This document shows positions 1 to 11,018 of a DNA stretch of 64,000 nt, piece after piece. Under the pieces are notes generated by a model. That model was given only the letters and a program-made list of their open reading frames with translations, did no database searches and was not told where the DNA came from. Source of the DNA: Eukaryota sp. TZLM1-RC (Eukaryota > Protista > Metamonada: BaSk clade); NCBI GenBank assembly GCA_040285825.1, contig JAUPSS010000004.1:2894550-2958549 (forward strand), given 5' to 3'. Position numbers and translations under genes: made by a program. The number at the start of each line of letters is the position of its first letter. The stretch's first letter is position 1.

Positions 1-2404
1 CACCGCAAGCAAAAACGTCACCATTTCTAGTTTTGAAAAAGGAGCATTGATCAGCCACAAAGACATCAGAGACATCCCTGACATTTTCCACACGGGTAAA
101 CTCAACCATAGATGACTCTAGAGTTCCAAGTACTTCAAACAAATTATTTCCCTTTCCATAAACTTGACCATCATTGTCCACCACAAGAATATTATCACTA
201 TTTGCAAAAACAATGCGACCAAGTCCAAACTGTGCCTCCTCGAGAAATTGAATAGAAGATTTAGACGTGGGTGATTTTTTGATGGATGCTGAACCACCTC
301 TAAAGGACTTACCATCTGTAAAATATCGAGATGCTTTAAATCGAGACAGATGACCATATGTCTTACGTAAAAGTCCATCTTGGTTACCGCAAGCATAAAT
401 TAAATCATCTTTAATAAAATAAGAATTGTCTTCACCAATAGCAACGTGATCAACACCTTCAAATGGTAATAAAGTTGGAGTAATAACATCATCATCTGAA
501 TTAACTCCACATTTACCATAGTTATTAGAACCAAAAGTATAAACAGTTCCTTCTTTGGTTAAACAAATAGCATGATCTCGCGAAACTGCCACGTATTCAA
601 TAGGTGGAACATCAATAATTAAAGGAGTTTCCATGGGGATTTTGCCAACACCACTAGGCATAAATCCACAATCCTCCTCACTACTCCATCCTAATAGAGT
701 TCCATCATTTAAAACAACCAAACATTGAGAAGAGCTCACTGAAATTTGGCCAACATTTCTCAAATATTCATGTCTGAACGGCTGATCATCTTTAGTATTC
801 CAAATCCAAACAAATCCATCAAAGGTAACAAACGCTGCTAAATCACATGATACAGAAATTTGGCTGACATTGACCAAATTTTCTGATAAGGTAAATGAAA
901 TTTTCGCGGTTTCAGAATTATCAACATGGTAAAAAACCTCTTTTTTAGAACTGAGTGCAAATAGTGCAGAACCACAAGCAAAATGAATCACGTCAATATT
1001 ATCAAGTCCGTACAGTGGCCTTGGATCTTCATCAGACATTGTACTTGAACAGAGATAACTACCAGCGTTGGTTTTAATGATATGTGCAAAGTTTGTCACG
1101 AAAACTTTCTCAATTTCCTCACAATTAAAAGAAACTTTGTATTTTTTCTGCCCTCTGAACATATAAACAAGATTATCCAGTGCAAGGAGGGAATAATGCC
1201 CAGGTAAAAACTTACTTTCAAAGTAAAATCGTTTGGCATTATGTTTCTGATCAAAAGCAGGAAGCTCTGAATTTCCCAAACATTTGCAGTCAATAACACT
1301 GTCCAAGGGAATTGCTTTGCTAATGTCCACATCGGTTACATTACCTAAATCTGATTCGAAATTCGAAATTTGAGTCTCATCAAAAGAACAATCTGTTGAT
1401 TCTGAACAAAATGACTCCCAAAAAAGTGCACCTTCACCTCCTCTACAGGAAAAAGTTGATTCTTTTTCTAACTCGTTGATTAAATCTTGTTTTAACAGAT
1501 AGACCCAGTCTTCATCTAGAAATTTCCATTCAGGCGTCACATCAGAAGTTAAAGTATTTGAATCATCTAAAATGAATAATTTCTTGAAAACAAGGGAGTT
1601 GAATTTTGAATATTCAGTATAGTAAACAGACCTAGAGTCTACCACATAAATACCAGATTCAGAAGCAATAACATCAGAAATAGTGGTAGAAAAATTCGTT
1701 ATTCTATGAATGGTCACTTCAGTGGCATCCAGGTTTAACAGATAAACATCTTTCCCTGCACAACAAATCCCAAGCTCTTCATGGACAGAAATAAAGGACA
1801 CATTATTGATAATTGAGATTGGGGTTAATTGCGATGCTTTCATATTAATTACATTAAGTTTCCCATTAGTAGTGATTACCAGCGAAAACTTCCTACCAAG
1901 GGCAACCTTTTCGACATTGGGAAGTTCACCGGGAGAATGATTACCACCCAAAGTACGGAAGGAAAGAAAACCTTCGGTTGACAAAGCAGCTATTAATACT
2001 TCATATCGGTCACCTTTACAAGCATCGAATTGTTGTACCTTGAACGGGAGAACAATTTGATTAACACGTAGGGTAAAGCAGCAAATAGTGTACAAATTCC
2101 CGTTGCCTAGGGCGATGAGACTCGAGGAAACGGAGACAAAAGAAGTTATTTCGAGAGAGTATAGGCGGGAGACAGGAATAGGAGTTGTTGTTGATGAGCA
2201 TGATGCTGGATCAAGAAGAAAATAGTCCCCAGAATCGGATTCAACAATGGGGGAACGAGCAGTCAGAAATATAGTCTTTGTGTTGGAAATATTATATTGG
2301 AGTTCTCGGATATGAGACCTGGTTGGATTAACAATCCAAAGATGATCGAGATCTGTCACAAAGACATCAAATAGTGCTGATGGTCGAAGTCGGAGCATCG
2401 ACAT
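1..2404 (-). CDS. RCC1-repeat (beta-propeller) protein, C-terminus beyond the left edge
   Basis: ATG at 2404 (MSMLRLRPSALFDVF). The same frame reads IEYVAVSRDHAICLTKEGTVYTFGSNNYGKCG near 601-510 and SDVFVADQCSFFKTRNGDVFACG near 70-2, both RCC1-type repeats. Absent from the ORF track, consistent with no in-frame stop inside the window. Confidence 0.8.
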   Translation of the reverse strand, partial: MSMLRLRPSALFDVFVTDLDHLWIVNPTRSHIRELQYNISNTKTIFLTARSPIVESDSGDYFLLDPASCSSTTTPIPVSRLYSLEITSFVSVSSSLIALGNGNLYTICCFTLRVNQIVLPFKVQQFDACKGDRYEVLIAALSTEGFLSFRTLGGNHSPGELPNVEKVALGRKFSLVITTNGKLNVINMKASQLTPISIINNVSFISVHEELGICCAGKDVYLLNLDATEVTIHRITNFSTTISDVIASESGIYVVDSRSVYYTEYSKFNSLVFKKLFILDDSNTLTSDVTPEWKFLDEDWVYLLKQDLINELEKESTFSCRGGEGALFWESFCSESTDCSFDETQISNFESDLGNVTDVDISKAIPLDSVIDCKCLGNSELPAFDQKHNAKRFYFESKFLPGHYSLLALDNLVYMFRGQKKYKVSFNCEEIEKVFVTNFAHIIKTNAGSYLCSSTMSDEDPRPLYGLDNIDVIHFACGSALFALSSKKEVFYHVDNSETAKISFTLSENLVNVSQISVSCDLAAFVTFDGFVWIWNTKDDQPFRHEYLRNVGQISVSSSQCLVVLNDGTLLGWSSEEDCGFMPSGVGKIPMETPLIIDVPPIEYVAVSRDHAICLTKEGTVYTFGSNNYGKCGVNSDDDVITPTLLPFEGVDHVAIGEDNSYFIKDDLIYACGNQDGLLRKTYGHLSRFKASRYFTDGKSFRGGSASIKKSPTSKSSIQFLEEAQFGLGRIVFANSDNILVVDNDGQVYGKGNNLFEVLGTLESSMVEFTRVENVRDVSDVFVADQCSFFKTRNGDVFACG

Positions 2405-2600
2405 ATAATTGATGATCAATTTTGAAAGATATTTGAAATAGTGTTAGTGTTTGAACAAAATACATCTTGAAACGGTTGCGTTTCTGTCTCCATTTCCACC
2501 GTTTTAACCTCTTAAAGACGTCTCTGCGTCTCGCCTTCCTTCACATTGAAATTTCATTAATTTGGTATAATCATTTACTATAATTACATACACTATTCAT

Positions 2601-3264
2601 GCCATGCTCTAAATTGCTCTAAATTGATAACTTATCGTTCTTCATTACATGATGCTGTTAGAGACACTGTTTTCAATATGGCACAAACTGCAAGGATATC
2701 GTGTATCAAAGAGCCCCTGCTGAAAGAAACACTTTCTCTGAATAATTTTGGTTCTGATGATAGAGGTGATGTATACTGTGATTGGATTGATAATTCTGAA
2801 GCTATTGTTGACTTTGTCTCATGTAATGTTGCAAACGATACTTTGGTTCACAGAAGAAAACTTAATCCTGTGGCTGCTCTGGATTTTAAAGCAAAAGAAA
2901 AACATAGAAAATATGATAAAGAAATTGAAGATGCAAATATCGATAGAAATACACAGCTGGTTTTTATTGCTTTTCCATTTTCGATAAATGGAAGATTATC
3001 AGTTGAAGCAGAAACTTTTTTGGATGACTTCCAAAAAATGGTGAAAGAAAAAACAATGAAAAGATTTGATATTTTTTTATGGCGTTCACGGATTCAATTT
3101 GCCATTATTAATAGATTACCGCGGTTTTTCAATCGAATTAGAGAAGCTTTAGCTAGACAGCAAGCAAATCAAGATTTTGTAGAGGAAATCTTGGTTTAAT
3201 GATAGTCGTCCCATTAGTTATGATTTAATTTAATCAAGTGTGCAAATTCAATAAATAAATAAAA
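2601..3264 (+). mobile_element. 5'-truncated RLE non-LTR retrotransposon, family D
   Basis: ORF 2624-3199 has RLE motifs (HDAVRD, EP, RGD, K.RKY, FPFS..G). (AAAT)n/A tail. 13-bp TSD atacactattcat at 2588-2600 and 3265-3277. Confidence 0.93.
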
Positions 3265-3596
3265 ATACACTATTCATAAAAATGCAAGAACAAATATTGT
3301 ATCAAAAGCTGAAACTGATGCTACGCAATACTAGTTGTAACTTAGTATAACCTAGTATAATACCAGGTGCCGTTTTATTCGCATTTTTGTGCTAAAGAGA
3401 AGCTTAACTCTTCTGCGTACTCATTCCAGAACATAACAGTAGTTCACAGTCTTTTGAACGGATTCGACAAAGTGTTATGATTTTAAATAGATGGTTGTTA
3501 AGGAGAAAGATTTTCATCTTTTAAGCAGTTTTTCTTTACATATTTTTTTTAATTAATATATTTTTAAACAATTTATAAAACAACATCAAAATAATC

Positions 3597-4624
3597 CATA
3601 TTTGAATGAGTTATCTTGTGAAATTGATAGATGACCACCACAAATTTAGACCAAATGTTTTCCCCAATCAATTCAAGGAATTCCAAACCGATCTCTTTTT
3701 AATTTGCAGTTTTGTTGTAAAAAGCTTCAACAGAATTTGTCAAAAATTTTTGAAAGCTTGGATTTTGATGTTAAACTTGGCTTGGCCAAGAAAAAGAATC
3801 CCGCTTTTGCAAATCTTTTACAAGATATGTGTGATAGTACTTCTGCCTTAGTAACAACAATTCCTCAAGTTTTTGGTACTTTCTTAACTGATTCTGCTTG
3901 GACCTTGAATATGAGATTTCGTTCCTTTATCTGGCCTGTTAATTTACCTCATAATTTAATTTGTAAATGTTCTCGAAAAATTACAATTACTCATTTGTTA
4001 AATTGTAAACATTTTATTACTTTTAGAAGCAAGGTTCACGATACTGTTAGAGACCAATTATATTGTATCTGTAAGTCTCATAGAATTGAATCCGTTTTTG
4101 TAACCTCTGTTGTCAAATCTGTTTGATACTGAAGATGTTTTTATAAGAATAATAGAGGTGGTGTCATATTACCTGATTTAGATGGAAGCTTCATTTTATT
4201 GGATGTAATGTCTGTTGATCCTTGTAATGGCTCAAATGAGAGGCTTGTTAATTCTGAAATTCATAATCGTCTTTCAAATACTGAAAATTTCAAAATCAAA
4301 AAAATATAATGAACCTTTGTCCAAATTGTCCAGTCAACAGCATGCGAAATACAATTTGTATCCAATTGTATTTTATCTTTTTGGTTCACTTGCTCCAACG
4401 GCTTTACGTTTTTTGGCAAATTTTGAAATGATACGATTGTAAAGAGAAGAACTAACAGAAATTTCAACAGATTGTTTTGGCAAAATAGAATTGTGTTTTC
4501 TATTTTTAAGGGGAGGTTGAAGATAATTTCTGATGCTTTGCTTTCTCTTGGATCTCACTATGAAAGAGTTGCATCTAGTGTTTTTGTTTTGGGAGAGATG
4601 GATTATTTAGATGTTGATTTATAG
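3597..4624 (+). mobile_element. Decayed 3' third of a family A retrotransposon
   Basis: Colinear with ~54030-55057 but with stops, indels and many substitutions; no clean poly(A). Confidence 0.9.
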
Positions 4625-4689
4625 GATTTATGTTGATTGGACACAAATTGTATTTTACATGCTGTTGAATAGACAACATGGTCAAAGGT

Positions 4690-4990
4690 TGACAATATTG
4701 TTTGAGCTGCTACCTTTTTGATCAATCAAAAAATTTGCATAAACATGTTTTTTCCTAAGCCAACCTAGGACGAACAATATAATCAAAGTTTTCTACATCA
4801 TTCAAAATTTTCTGCATTTTTGCCATTGTCAATGGCAGGGAGATCAAGCATCTTACAGGAAGTTCGATCAGAAAAGCATTTAGACCAAATTTGAGGAGAG
4901 AGAAATTCAATTACACTCTGCAATGAATCAAAATAAGTGCTGCCACAATATTGTATTAAATGTTGGTTTTCAGGAAAATGTTTCAAAAAT
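4690..4990 (-). mobile_element. Highly decayed RLE retrotransposon linker fragment (family unassigned)
   Basis: ORF 4798-4986 (KHFPENQHLI...LSPQIWSKCF) parallels family A RRFPDDSHLL...LPPQIWTKCF. Confidence 0.55.
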
Positions 4991-5228
4991 TCTCAATGAG
5001 ACGTGCACATACAATATAATTAGCCTTGTACAGTATCGTGTACCTTGCATGTAAAGGTTTTTAGATGCTTACAATTTAACAAATGAGTGATTGTAATTTT
5101 TCGACTACATTTGCATATTATATTATGAGGTAAATTATCAAACCAGATAAGGGGATGAAGTTTCATGTTCAAACTCCAAACAGAATCTTTGTAGGTATGG
5201 TGTCGACAGATGTAAAGTTTGACTAAAT

Positions 5229-5259
5229 TTTTTTTATTATATTTTTGTTTATTCCAATA
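5229..5259 (-). mobile_element. 31-bp tail-only retroinsertion (AATAAA plus poly(A))
   Basis: Minus strand tattggaataaacaaaaatataataaaaaaa lies between perfect 15-bp direct repeats aaagtttgactaaat (5214-5228, 5260-5274). Confidence 0.75.
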
Positions 5260-5277
5260 AAAGTTTGACTAAATAGA

Positions 5278-5600
5278 TTTATTTTTATTAAAAAAAGTAA
5301 CAAAACATCACAAAACAAACTAAAACACATAAGAAACAAAATTCTCCACGCCAACTCTTGATGAATCCTTATACAGCTTGGACATCATTAAACTCAAGTA
5401 CTTGGGAACACTTCTGTACAAAGCGAAAATGATACGATTCTTCCATAAATTCCCTGCAAAATTCTTACCACTTGAACGACATAAATTACCAAAATCATTG
5501 ATAAAATTCAAGGCGGACTGTCCAATGTTGCCACAAATCGAAAAGGCAAAAGGAACAAACGAAAACTTCGAGTGAAGATTCTTATAGATTATTAGTTTTT
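5278..5600 (-). mobile_element. 3' fragment of RLE retrotransposon family G
   Basis: ORF 5320-5670 contains FVPFAFSICGNIG...LWKNRIIF, the shared RLE C-terminal block, followed by AATAAA and an A-rich tail. Confidence 0.8.
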
Positions 5601-5872
5601 GAAGAACGCTTCTTAAACAATAATACAAAAGTTGTTGCTTAAAAAATGTTGCTCCAAAATCTTGACACAAATAGATGTCATTTTTATTGTCAGAAACCTA
5701 CCATTAGTATTAAAATTGGTATAAGTTTGTTGAAAAAACAATTTTGATTCAATAAAACAGTACCTTTGAAAACCCTATTGTACTTTTGAAGAGACAATGT
5801 CTTTAATCAGACATTGCTGTTGAGTAGTATCATTTTATAAAGGTTCATACAACGGAAATTTATTTATTACCT

Positions 5873-7450
5873 TCACAAAATTCGTTTCATTTCAACTGGA
5901 CACCAATCAAACTCATCAGGAATACCTATATGAACCACATCCGGCCAATCTTGAAAAGAAAACTTAGGAGTTGATGGTGACGATTGAGACACTCCTAAAA
6001 AGACCTTGACCTTCTCAGACCCTACACTAATCTTGCTATCATAACCCCCTCCACAGACTCCTCTTTTAGGATCTAGATCAAATCTAGCAGAAATAGCACT
6101 AGAAGGGCTTCCTTTAGACAATGGATCGTTCTTGTAGTCGTTATAGTTCATAAACTTCTGAAGAGAGTCAACGCTCTTGACTTTGTGTACATCTCTCCTG
6201 ATAATTTTTGATCGTGGACACCTCCAATAATCCCAATTGTCTCCTTCTTTTTTAACCAGTTCATCGTAACCCAAGTCACTACGGGCCCTTCGATCGTAGG
6301 CAATGTTAACTCCGCCAAAATAACCGTCAATCAACAACAAATCATCGACATTGGTGACGTAATAGTTTCCTGGAACTTGTTCAGCAATAACAAGGGATTT
6401 CAGCAAAGGTCTAGCAACCACCCACTGATTGTTATAACTACCACTGTTTTCAATCTTCATTATCTCAATAAACTTACTTGTCATTTCTACCTCTGCTTCA
6501 AACTTATTATCAATCAAAACAGAAGAAGCACCAGCAACTCTGAGAGCAACAGGGGTTCTCAAGTTGGTGAGAACTGCATTGGTGGTCATCTTTTCAGCAG
6601 TGGTGGCATTTTGAAGGACAAGAGAGGTTTCAGAGACAGTGACTCTGTGAGCTTGGCCATTAGGAGTCGTGCTAGTAATAACGTAGAAGTCATCGACAGA
6701 AGCTACAGAACCAGCATAAGACGACATTTGAACCTCAACCATGCCCCTGGAGTAAGGAACTGAATAATATTTATAGATTCTGGTCAAAAATGGGTAGAAA
6801 GCAAAAGTAGTATGAGCAAGGGTTAGTTTATCATTGAGAATCTTAGCTAATAGGGTACAGTGGGTCGTCATAATGAGGGGAATGGTTGGAGTAAATCGTT
6901 CATCTCCTTGCCACTGTACCAGATCCATTACATCTCCCATTGCATTAAGAAGAAGAAGGTCGTCGAGTGAGACTGTGGCCTTGTTGAGTTGAGCACCTTC
7001 ATGGATACCTCTAATCTGTCTAAGAGAAAAGTCTACCTCTTGCCAGAAAGAGTTTGAAGGGTTGGAAGCAATGGAGTGAACAAGATAGTCATAATTGTCC
7101 ATGACAAGCTTCATTGCAGCCTTTCTTACCTTAGATACATCAGTGCCATACAAGTTGAAAACATAATCAAAGTTGGTGGAATGGTTTTCAATCAGCTCAG
7201 ATGTTAAGTACCCCTCAGCTATACCCATTAGGCGAGGCAACGATGGATTTGATTCCATGGAAGGATGTGCTTTGATTTCAAGTGTAGCCCAGCCGGTTTC
7301 TATTCGTTTATCATCCAAAGAAGCAGATACATGAGCATCAGGATAATAACCTTCCTCAATTGTATAGGACTGGTCCAATTGCCACAAAGAGATAGTAGTA
7401 GCAGACGCAAAAGCTAAATAAAAACAAAGGCAAATGACGATAGATGACAT
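5873..7450 (-). CDS. Phospholipase B-like protein (PLBD family, Ntn-hydrolase), secreted or lysosomal
   Basis: Signal peptide after ATG 7450 (MSSIVICLCFYLAFASA). Family motifs TGWATLEI, GIAEGYLT, HC (nucleophile), SSY.G...S.DDFY, NSGSYNNQW, YNDYKNDPLS, AISARFDL, GGYDSK. Confidence 0.92.
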   Translation of the reverse strand: MSSIVICLCFYLAFASATTISLWQLDQSYTIEEGYYPDAHVSASLDDKRIETGWATLEIKAHPSMESNPSLPRLMGIAEGYLTSELIENHSTNFDYVFNLYGTDVSKVRKAAMKLVMDNYDYLVHSIASNPSNSFWQEVDFSLRQIRGIHEGAQLNKATVSLDDLLLLNAMGDVMDLVQWQGDERFTPTIPLIMTTHCTLLAKILNDKLTLAHTTFAFYPFLTRIYKYYSVPYSRGMVEVQMSSYAGSVASVDDFYVITSTTPNGQAHRVTVSETSLVLQNATTAEKMTTNAVLTNLRTPVALRVAGASSVLIDNKFEAEVEMTSKFIEIMKIENSGSYNNQWVVARPLLKSLVIAEQVPGNYYVTNVDDLLLIDGYFGGVNIAYDRRARSDLGYDELVKKEGDNWDYWRCPRSKIIRRDVHKVKSVDSLQKFMNYNDYKNDPLSKGSPSSAISARFDLDPKRGVCGGGYDSKISVGSEKVKVFLGVSQSSPSTPKFSFQDWPDVVHIGIPDEFDWCPVEMKRIL

Positions 7451-7523
7451 CGACTGACAACACAGTGTTAAAAAGATATTTGCAGTGGAGTGAATCAAGT
7501 TGATCGATCTTTGGTTGAATTTT

Positions 7524-7921
7524 TTTTACCTTATTTATTTTTATTCAACAACAAATATGAAATACACAATTAAAACTCCACATCCTCAAAACCTGCCTCC
7601 CCTACATCAAAACAATTAATCGCTAAAGATTCAGAAAATTTCCCAAAAGAAGATAGTGAATCAGAAATTAGTGTTACCATTCCCTTAAAAATAGAAAATA
7701 CAATCCTGTTTTGCCAGTAAACACGATTGAAAATTCTTCCAGTTCTTTCCTTTACAACTACAACAAAATCCTCAAGGAAAGCCATAGCAGCCTTACCTAG
7801 AGATCCAAGCAAAGAAAAAACAAATGGACATAAATTATATTGGGCATGGGAATTTTCATTAACCGAGGAAATGGGTTTCGCATATTTAGCAATTTTATAT
7901 TTTTCGTGAATTTTTATTTTT
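7524..7921 (-). mobile_element. 5'-truncated family E retrotransposon about 60-70 bp upstream of the phospholipase B start
   Basis: Near-identical to 26100-26490. 14-bp TSD tttggttgaatttt at 7510-7523 and 7922-7935. Confidence 0.92.
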
Positions 7922-8095
7922 TTTGGTTGAATTTTAGGTTTTCGATTTCTTTGAGATTTCTTTTATTCCTTCCTCTACATAAAGCCGTTTAACTTAAAAC
8001 CTGGCTGAACTGCGATCAAATTCAAATAAATATTAATTTCTTTGAGATACAGATTGATGACTTAAATCATATTGAGACTGGAATTAAGATTTCGA

Positions 8096-8141
8096 TTTGA
8101 GTTGAGTCGAGTCACCTATTAATGAGTCAACTCGACTCAAA
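8096..8141. repeat. Imperfect 19-bp inverted repeat built from GAGTY pentamers, 8-nt loop
   Basis: tttgagttgagtcgagtca-cctattaa-tgagtcaactcgactcaaa; 16 of 19 positions are Watson-Crick complementary. Confidence 0.75.
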
Positions 8142-8599
8142 ATTAGTAAACTTGTGACATATAACTTCTTCCTTTGCTGTTCTTCGATTGTTTCAAGACA
8201 ACGTAGTTGATCATAAATAAATCACCCACCTGTATCATACATCAATCAACATCTACATCCTCCATCTCAGGAAGATACCAAAAACTTTTTACAAAATACA
8301 GTTTGTATGAAAAGTGTGGTGTAGTAGGTAATATTCGTAAACATTGTACACCCTAGACTTGTAAAAATGACACTGTTGTTTCAGAACTTGTATCTCAACT
8401 GTTATCCATTCTGTTATCAATGTGTAAAAGATAATAGATAGATAGAAACATATTAATAATAATAATAAGAATGATAATAGATAAAATTTTGTTGACGTAG
8501 ATCAAATTCAAGAGCCTCGACAATCCTAGGATATTAGAATGTTTGCTCTTAACAGCTTTAGCTTGATCCTTCCTGGCAAACAAACAATCCCGTTGAATC

Positions 8600-9180
8600 G
8601 AACACTCTGCTACACCGAAATAGTGAATTACTGAAGATTCAGAAAATTTACCAAAAGAAGAAAATGAATCATAAAGTAATTTCACCATTCCCTCAAAAAT
8701 GGAAAATACAATCCTGTTGCAGTAACCACGATTGAAGATTCTTCCAGTTCTTTCCTTTACAACTACATTAAAATCCTCAAGGAAAGCCACAGCAGCCGTA
8801 CCTAAAAATTCGAGCAAGGAAAGAACAAAGGGACATAAATTATATAGGGCATGAGAATTTTCATTTACAGAAGAAATAGGTTTCGTGTATTTAGCAATTT
8901 TGCATTTTTCGCAAGCAAGAAGAGGATTATTGACAGCTGAATTGATGAAATTTCCGTTAAAAAATTACTAGAGTCAATGGACATGTCGTCTAAAATAGAC
9001 GAATCAGCATAACAAAACAAATGACTTCGAATCAAAACTTCATTTTCTTCTAATAAAGGAGAAAATTTTTTACCCAAAGTTTGTTGAAAGATTTACAAAA
9101 GTTGAGAGATACAGAGGGGGAGTTGACATTAAAATATGAGTTTATTGTAGTCCCCACATTGAAAAACAACATCAAATTTG
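8600..9180 (-). mobile_element. Decayed, internally deleted family E retrotransposon
   Basis: ORF 8395-8817 begins with a diverged AFLEDF..VVKERTGRIFNR block. 8995-9180 resembles the family E thumb region at 27950-28140. Confidence 0.8.
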
Positions 9181-9784
9181 TTTGTCTCTTCTCTTCGAGT
9201 TGTAATTCAAAGTCTCTCAAAACTTTATTGACATCAGTAAAGTCATCAAACTCCTAAGTTTGAATACATTTGGTGAAAGTTCTTAAAGTATTCTCGTGCT
9301 CTTTGATTGATACGGGTTCTACGGGTTCAGAACATTTCCTGATGTCATGTCATATCAACTATTTCATCAACTGATAACTCATGGAAGTCATGTTCGTCGT
9401 CCAAGGGATTCAATGGAAGCATATAACTCCAACAAACCCACATCATGATGTTAGAGATTTTAATAAATGAAAAAATAAGCTCAAAGAATTTGTATGAACA
9501 TTCACCAATGTCACATCATCGCTTGATATTTGAGAAGAACATAAAAAACAGAATTATAAATTACCTAATCTTAATGTTGTTGTCAACTCAATGTTTCATT
9601 TAGCTCTCGAAAGCTGTTTCAATTGTTTCAATTTTCAATTTGGTATTGTTAAACTAGGTTGCATGTGATTTTGTTACAATTGGGGAGTTTTCAATTGGGG
9701 AGAGTTTATTGTACATTCGATATTGACAAATCATTTACTTTGGAAAGAAATTACTTTCCTCCCCATCCATTGTTTTTTTTGGAA

Positions 9785-10387
9785 ATGCACGTTTTTGGAC
9801 GCGGTAAGAAACAGCAACAACAACCGGCAGACATGTCCTCCGTGTCTGAGCGTCTCACTTCGCGAGAGGGAGCTCTTGAACAAAAGCTAAAATCACTCAA
9901 TCAGCAAATCCTTACACTCAAGGGTCAGTACACAAAACAGCGAGGTGCTACTAAGGAAAATACAAAACAAAGGTTACTTCATCTGATGCGACAACGGAAA
10001 ACACTAGAAAGTCAACTTTCAATGCTTTCAAATCAGTCAATGATGGTAGATAACATCAGCTTCAATACAGAAATGATATCTTCGACAATGGAGACCATGA
10101 ATGCCATGTCCAGTATTGCGAAGGATTCTAAAAAAATGATAAAGGAAACTGAACGTAATCTAGAAAGATATGAAGACTTTCGCTACGATATGCAAGAACT
10201 ACAAGAACTACAAGAAGAGGTTACTTCTCGGATGCAAGAATCATTTGGCGACCCGGGCTCTATTGACGATGCTGATTTGGAGGATGAATTTAGGGAGCTT
10301 GAGACTGAATGTTTATTAGATATCTCGGTGCCCGCCCCTGCTCCAGTGGCTAAAGGTAGTGTAAAAAAGGAAGCTGTTTCAATGTAG
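9785..10387 (+). CDS. VPS60: ESCRT-III Snf7-family protein, Vps60/CHMP5-like
   Basis: Likely start MHVFGRGKK. Basic coiled-coil N-half (KQRLLHLMRQRKTLESQL), acidic C-half with IDDADLEDEFREL; ~200 aa. Confidence 0.75.
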   Translation: MHVFGRGKKQQQQPADMSSVSERLTSREGALEQKLKSLNQQILTLKGQYTKQRGATKENTKQRLLHLMRQRKTLESQLSMLSNQSMMVDNISFNTEMISSTMETMNAMSSIAKDSKKMIKETERNLERYEDFRYDMQELQELQEEVTSRMQESFGDPGSIDDADLEDEFRELETECLLDISVPAPAPVAKGSVKKEAVSM

Positions 10388-11018
10388 ATGTCTCTGCGTA
10401 TTCGCAACCCCACATTATAGGAGTTGTTGCATTCTGTAAAGTTTAGTTGTCTTGTATTTCTTTGTGTTCATTTATTTATTATTGAGAGGGACTTTTGGAA
10501 TCACTGTTGATTATTATATAGATTTTAAAAATTACAATGGTTTCAAACATATACCTTGCAATTGTTTGAGTGGGTATCTTGGAGAAGGGTGTATTAAGAC
10601 TTTACATTAAAGTTTCTATTTTGTACTGAATCCTCACACGGTGGTGTGTTTTAATAAGATTGATGGAAAACACTCGCTAAAAATCCGCGTCTGAAGACAT
10701 TTTTGACAGACGTAGCGTCTTCTTCAAAACAGACGTTTTAGTATTTACTATTTTAGTTATGCTAGTCATTTATACGATATCAATCATGCAACATTAATGG
10801 TTGACTGCATTGAACATTAAGTATTTTATTCTATGAAGTATATTTAATAAATACAAGCATTGACTATTACAGTTTATTAGCATGGATTATTGGTTATTTG
10901 AGTTACCAACAACACCAGAAAAAAATCAATTGTTGAAGTAAATCACTCACACTATTTACAAGCACCTCCCAAATCATTAATCTCGAGTAGAAAAAAATAT
11001 CAGAGTATTGAAAGCACT

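Noticed and set aside
118-1332. Short minus-strand ORFs 118-396 and 1096-1332
   Set aside because: Alternative-frame shadows inside the long RCC1-repeat ORF.
2503-3407. Possible piggyBac-like MITE (ttaacctcttaaagac...gtgctaaagagaagcttaa) with short ctagtataa-like repeats near 3331-3360
   Set aside because: The right end matches the left only weakly and there is no second copy or transposase in the window.
10685-10735. cgtctg/cagacg palindromic patch
   Set aside because: Arms are only ~6-7 bp, with no TSD or convincing repeat elsewhere.
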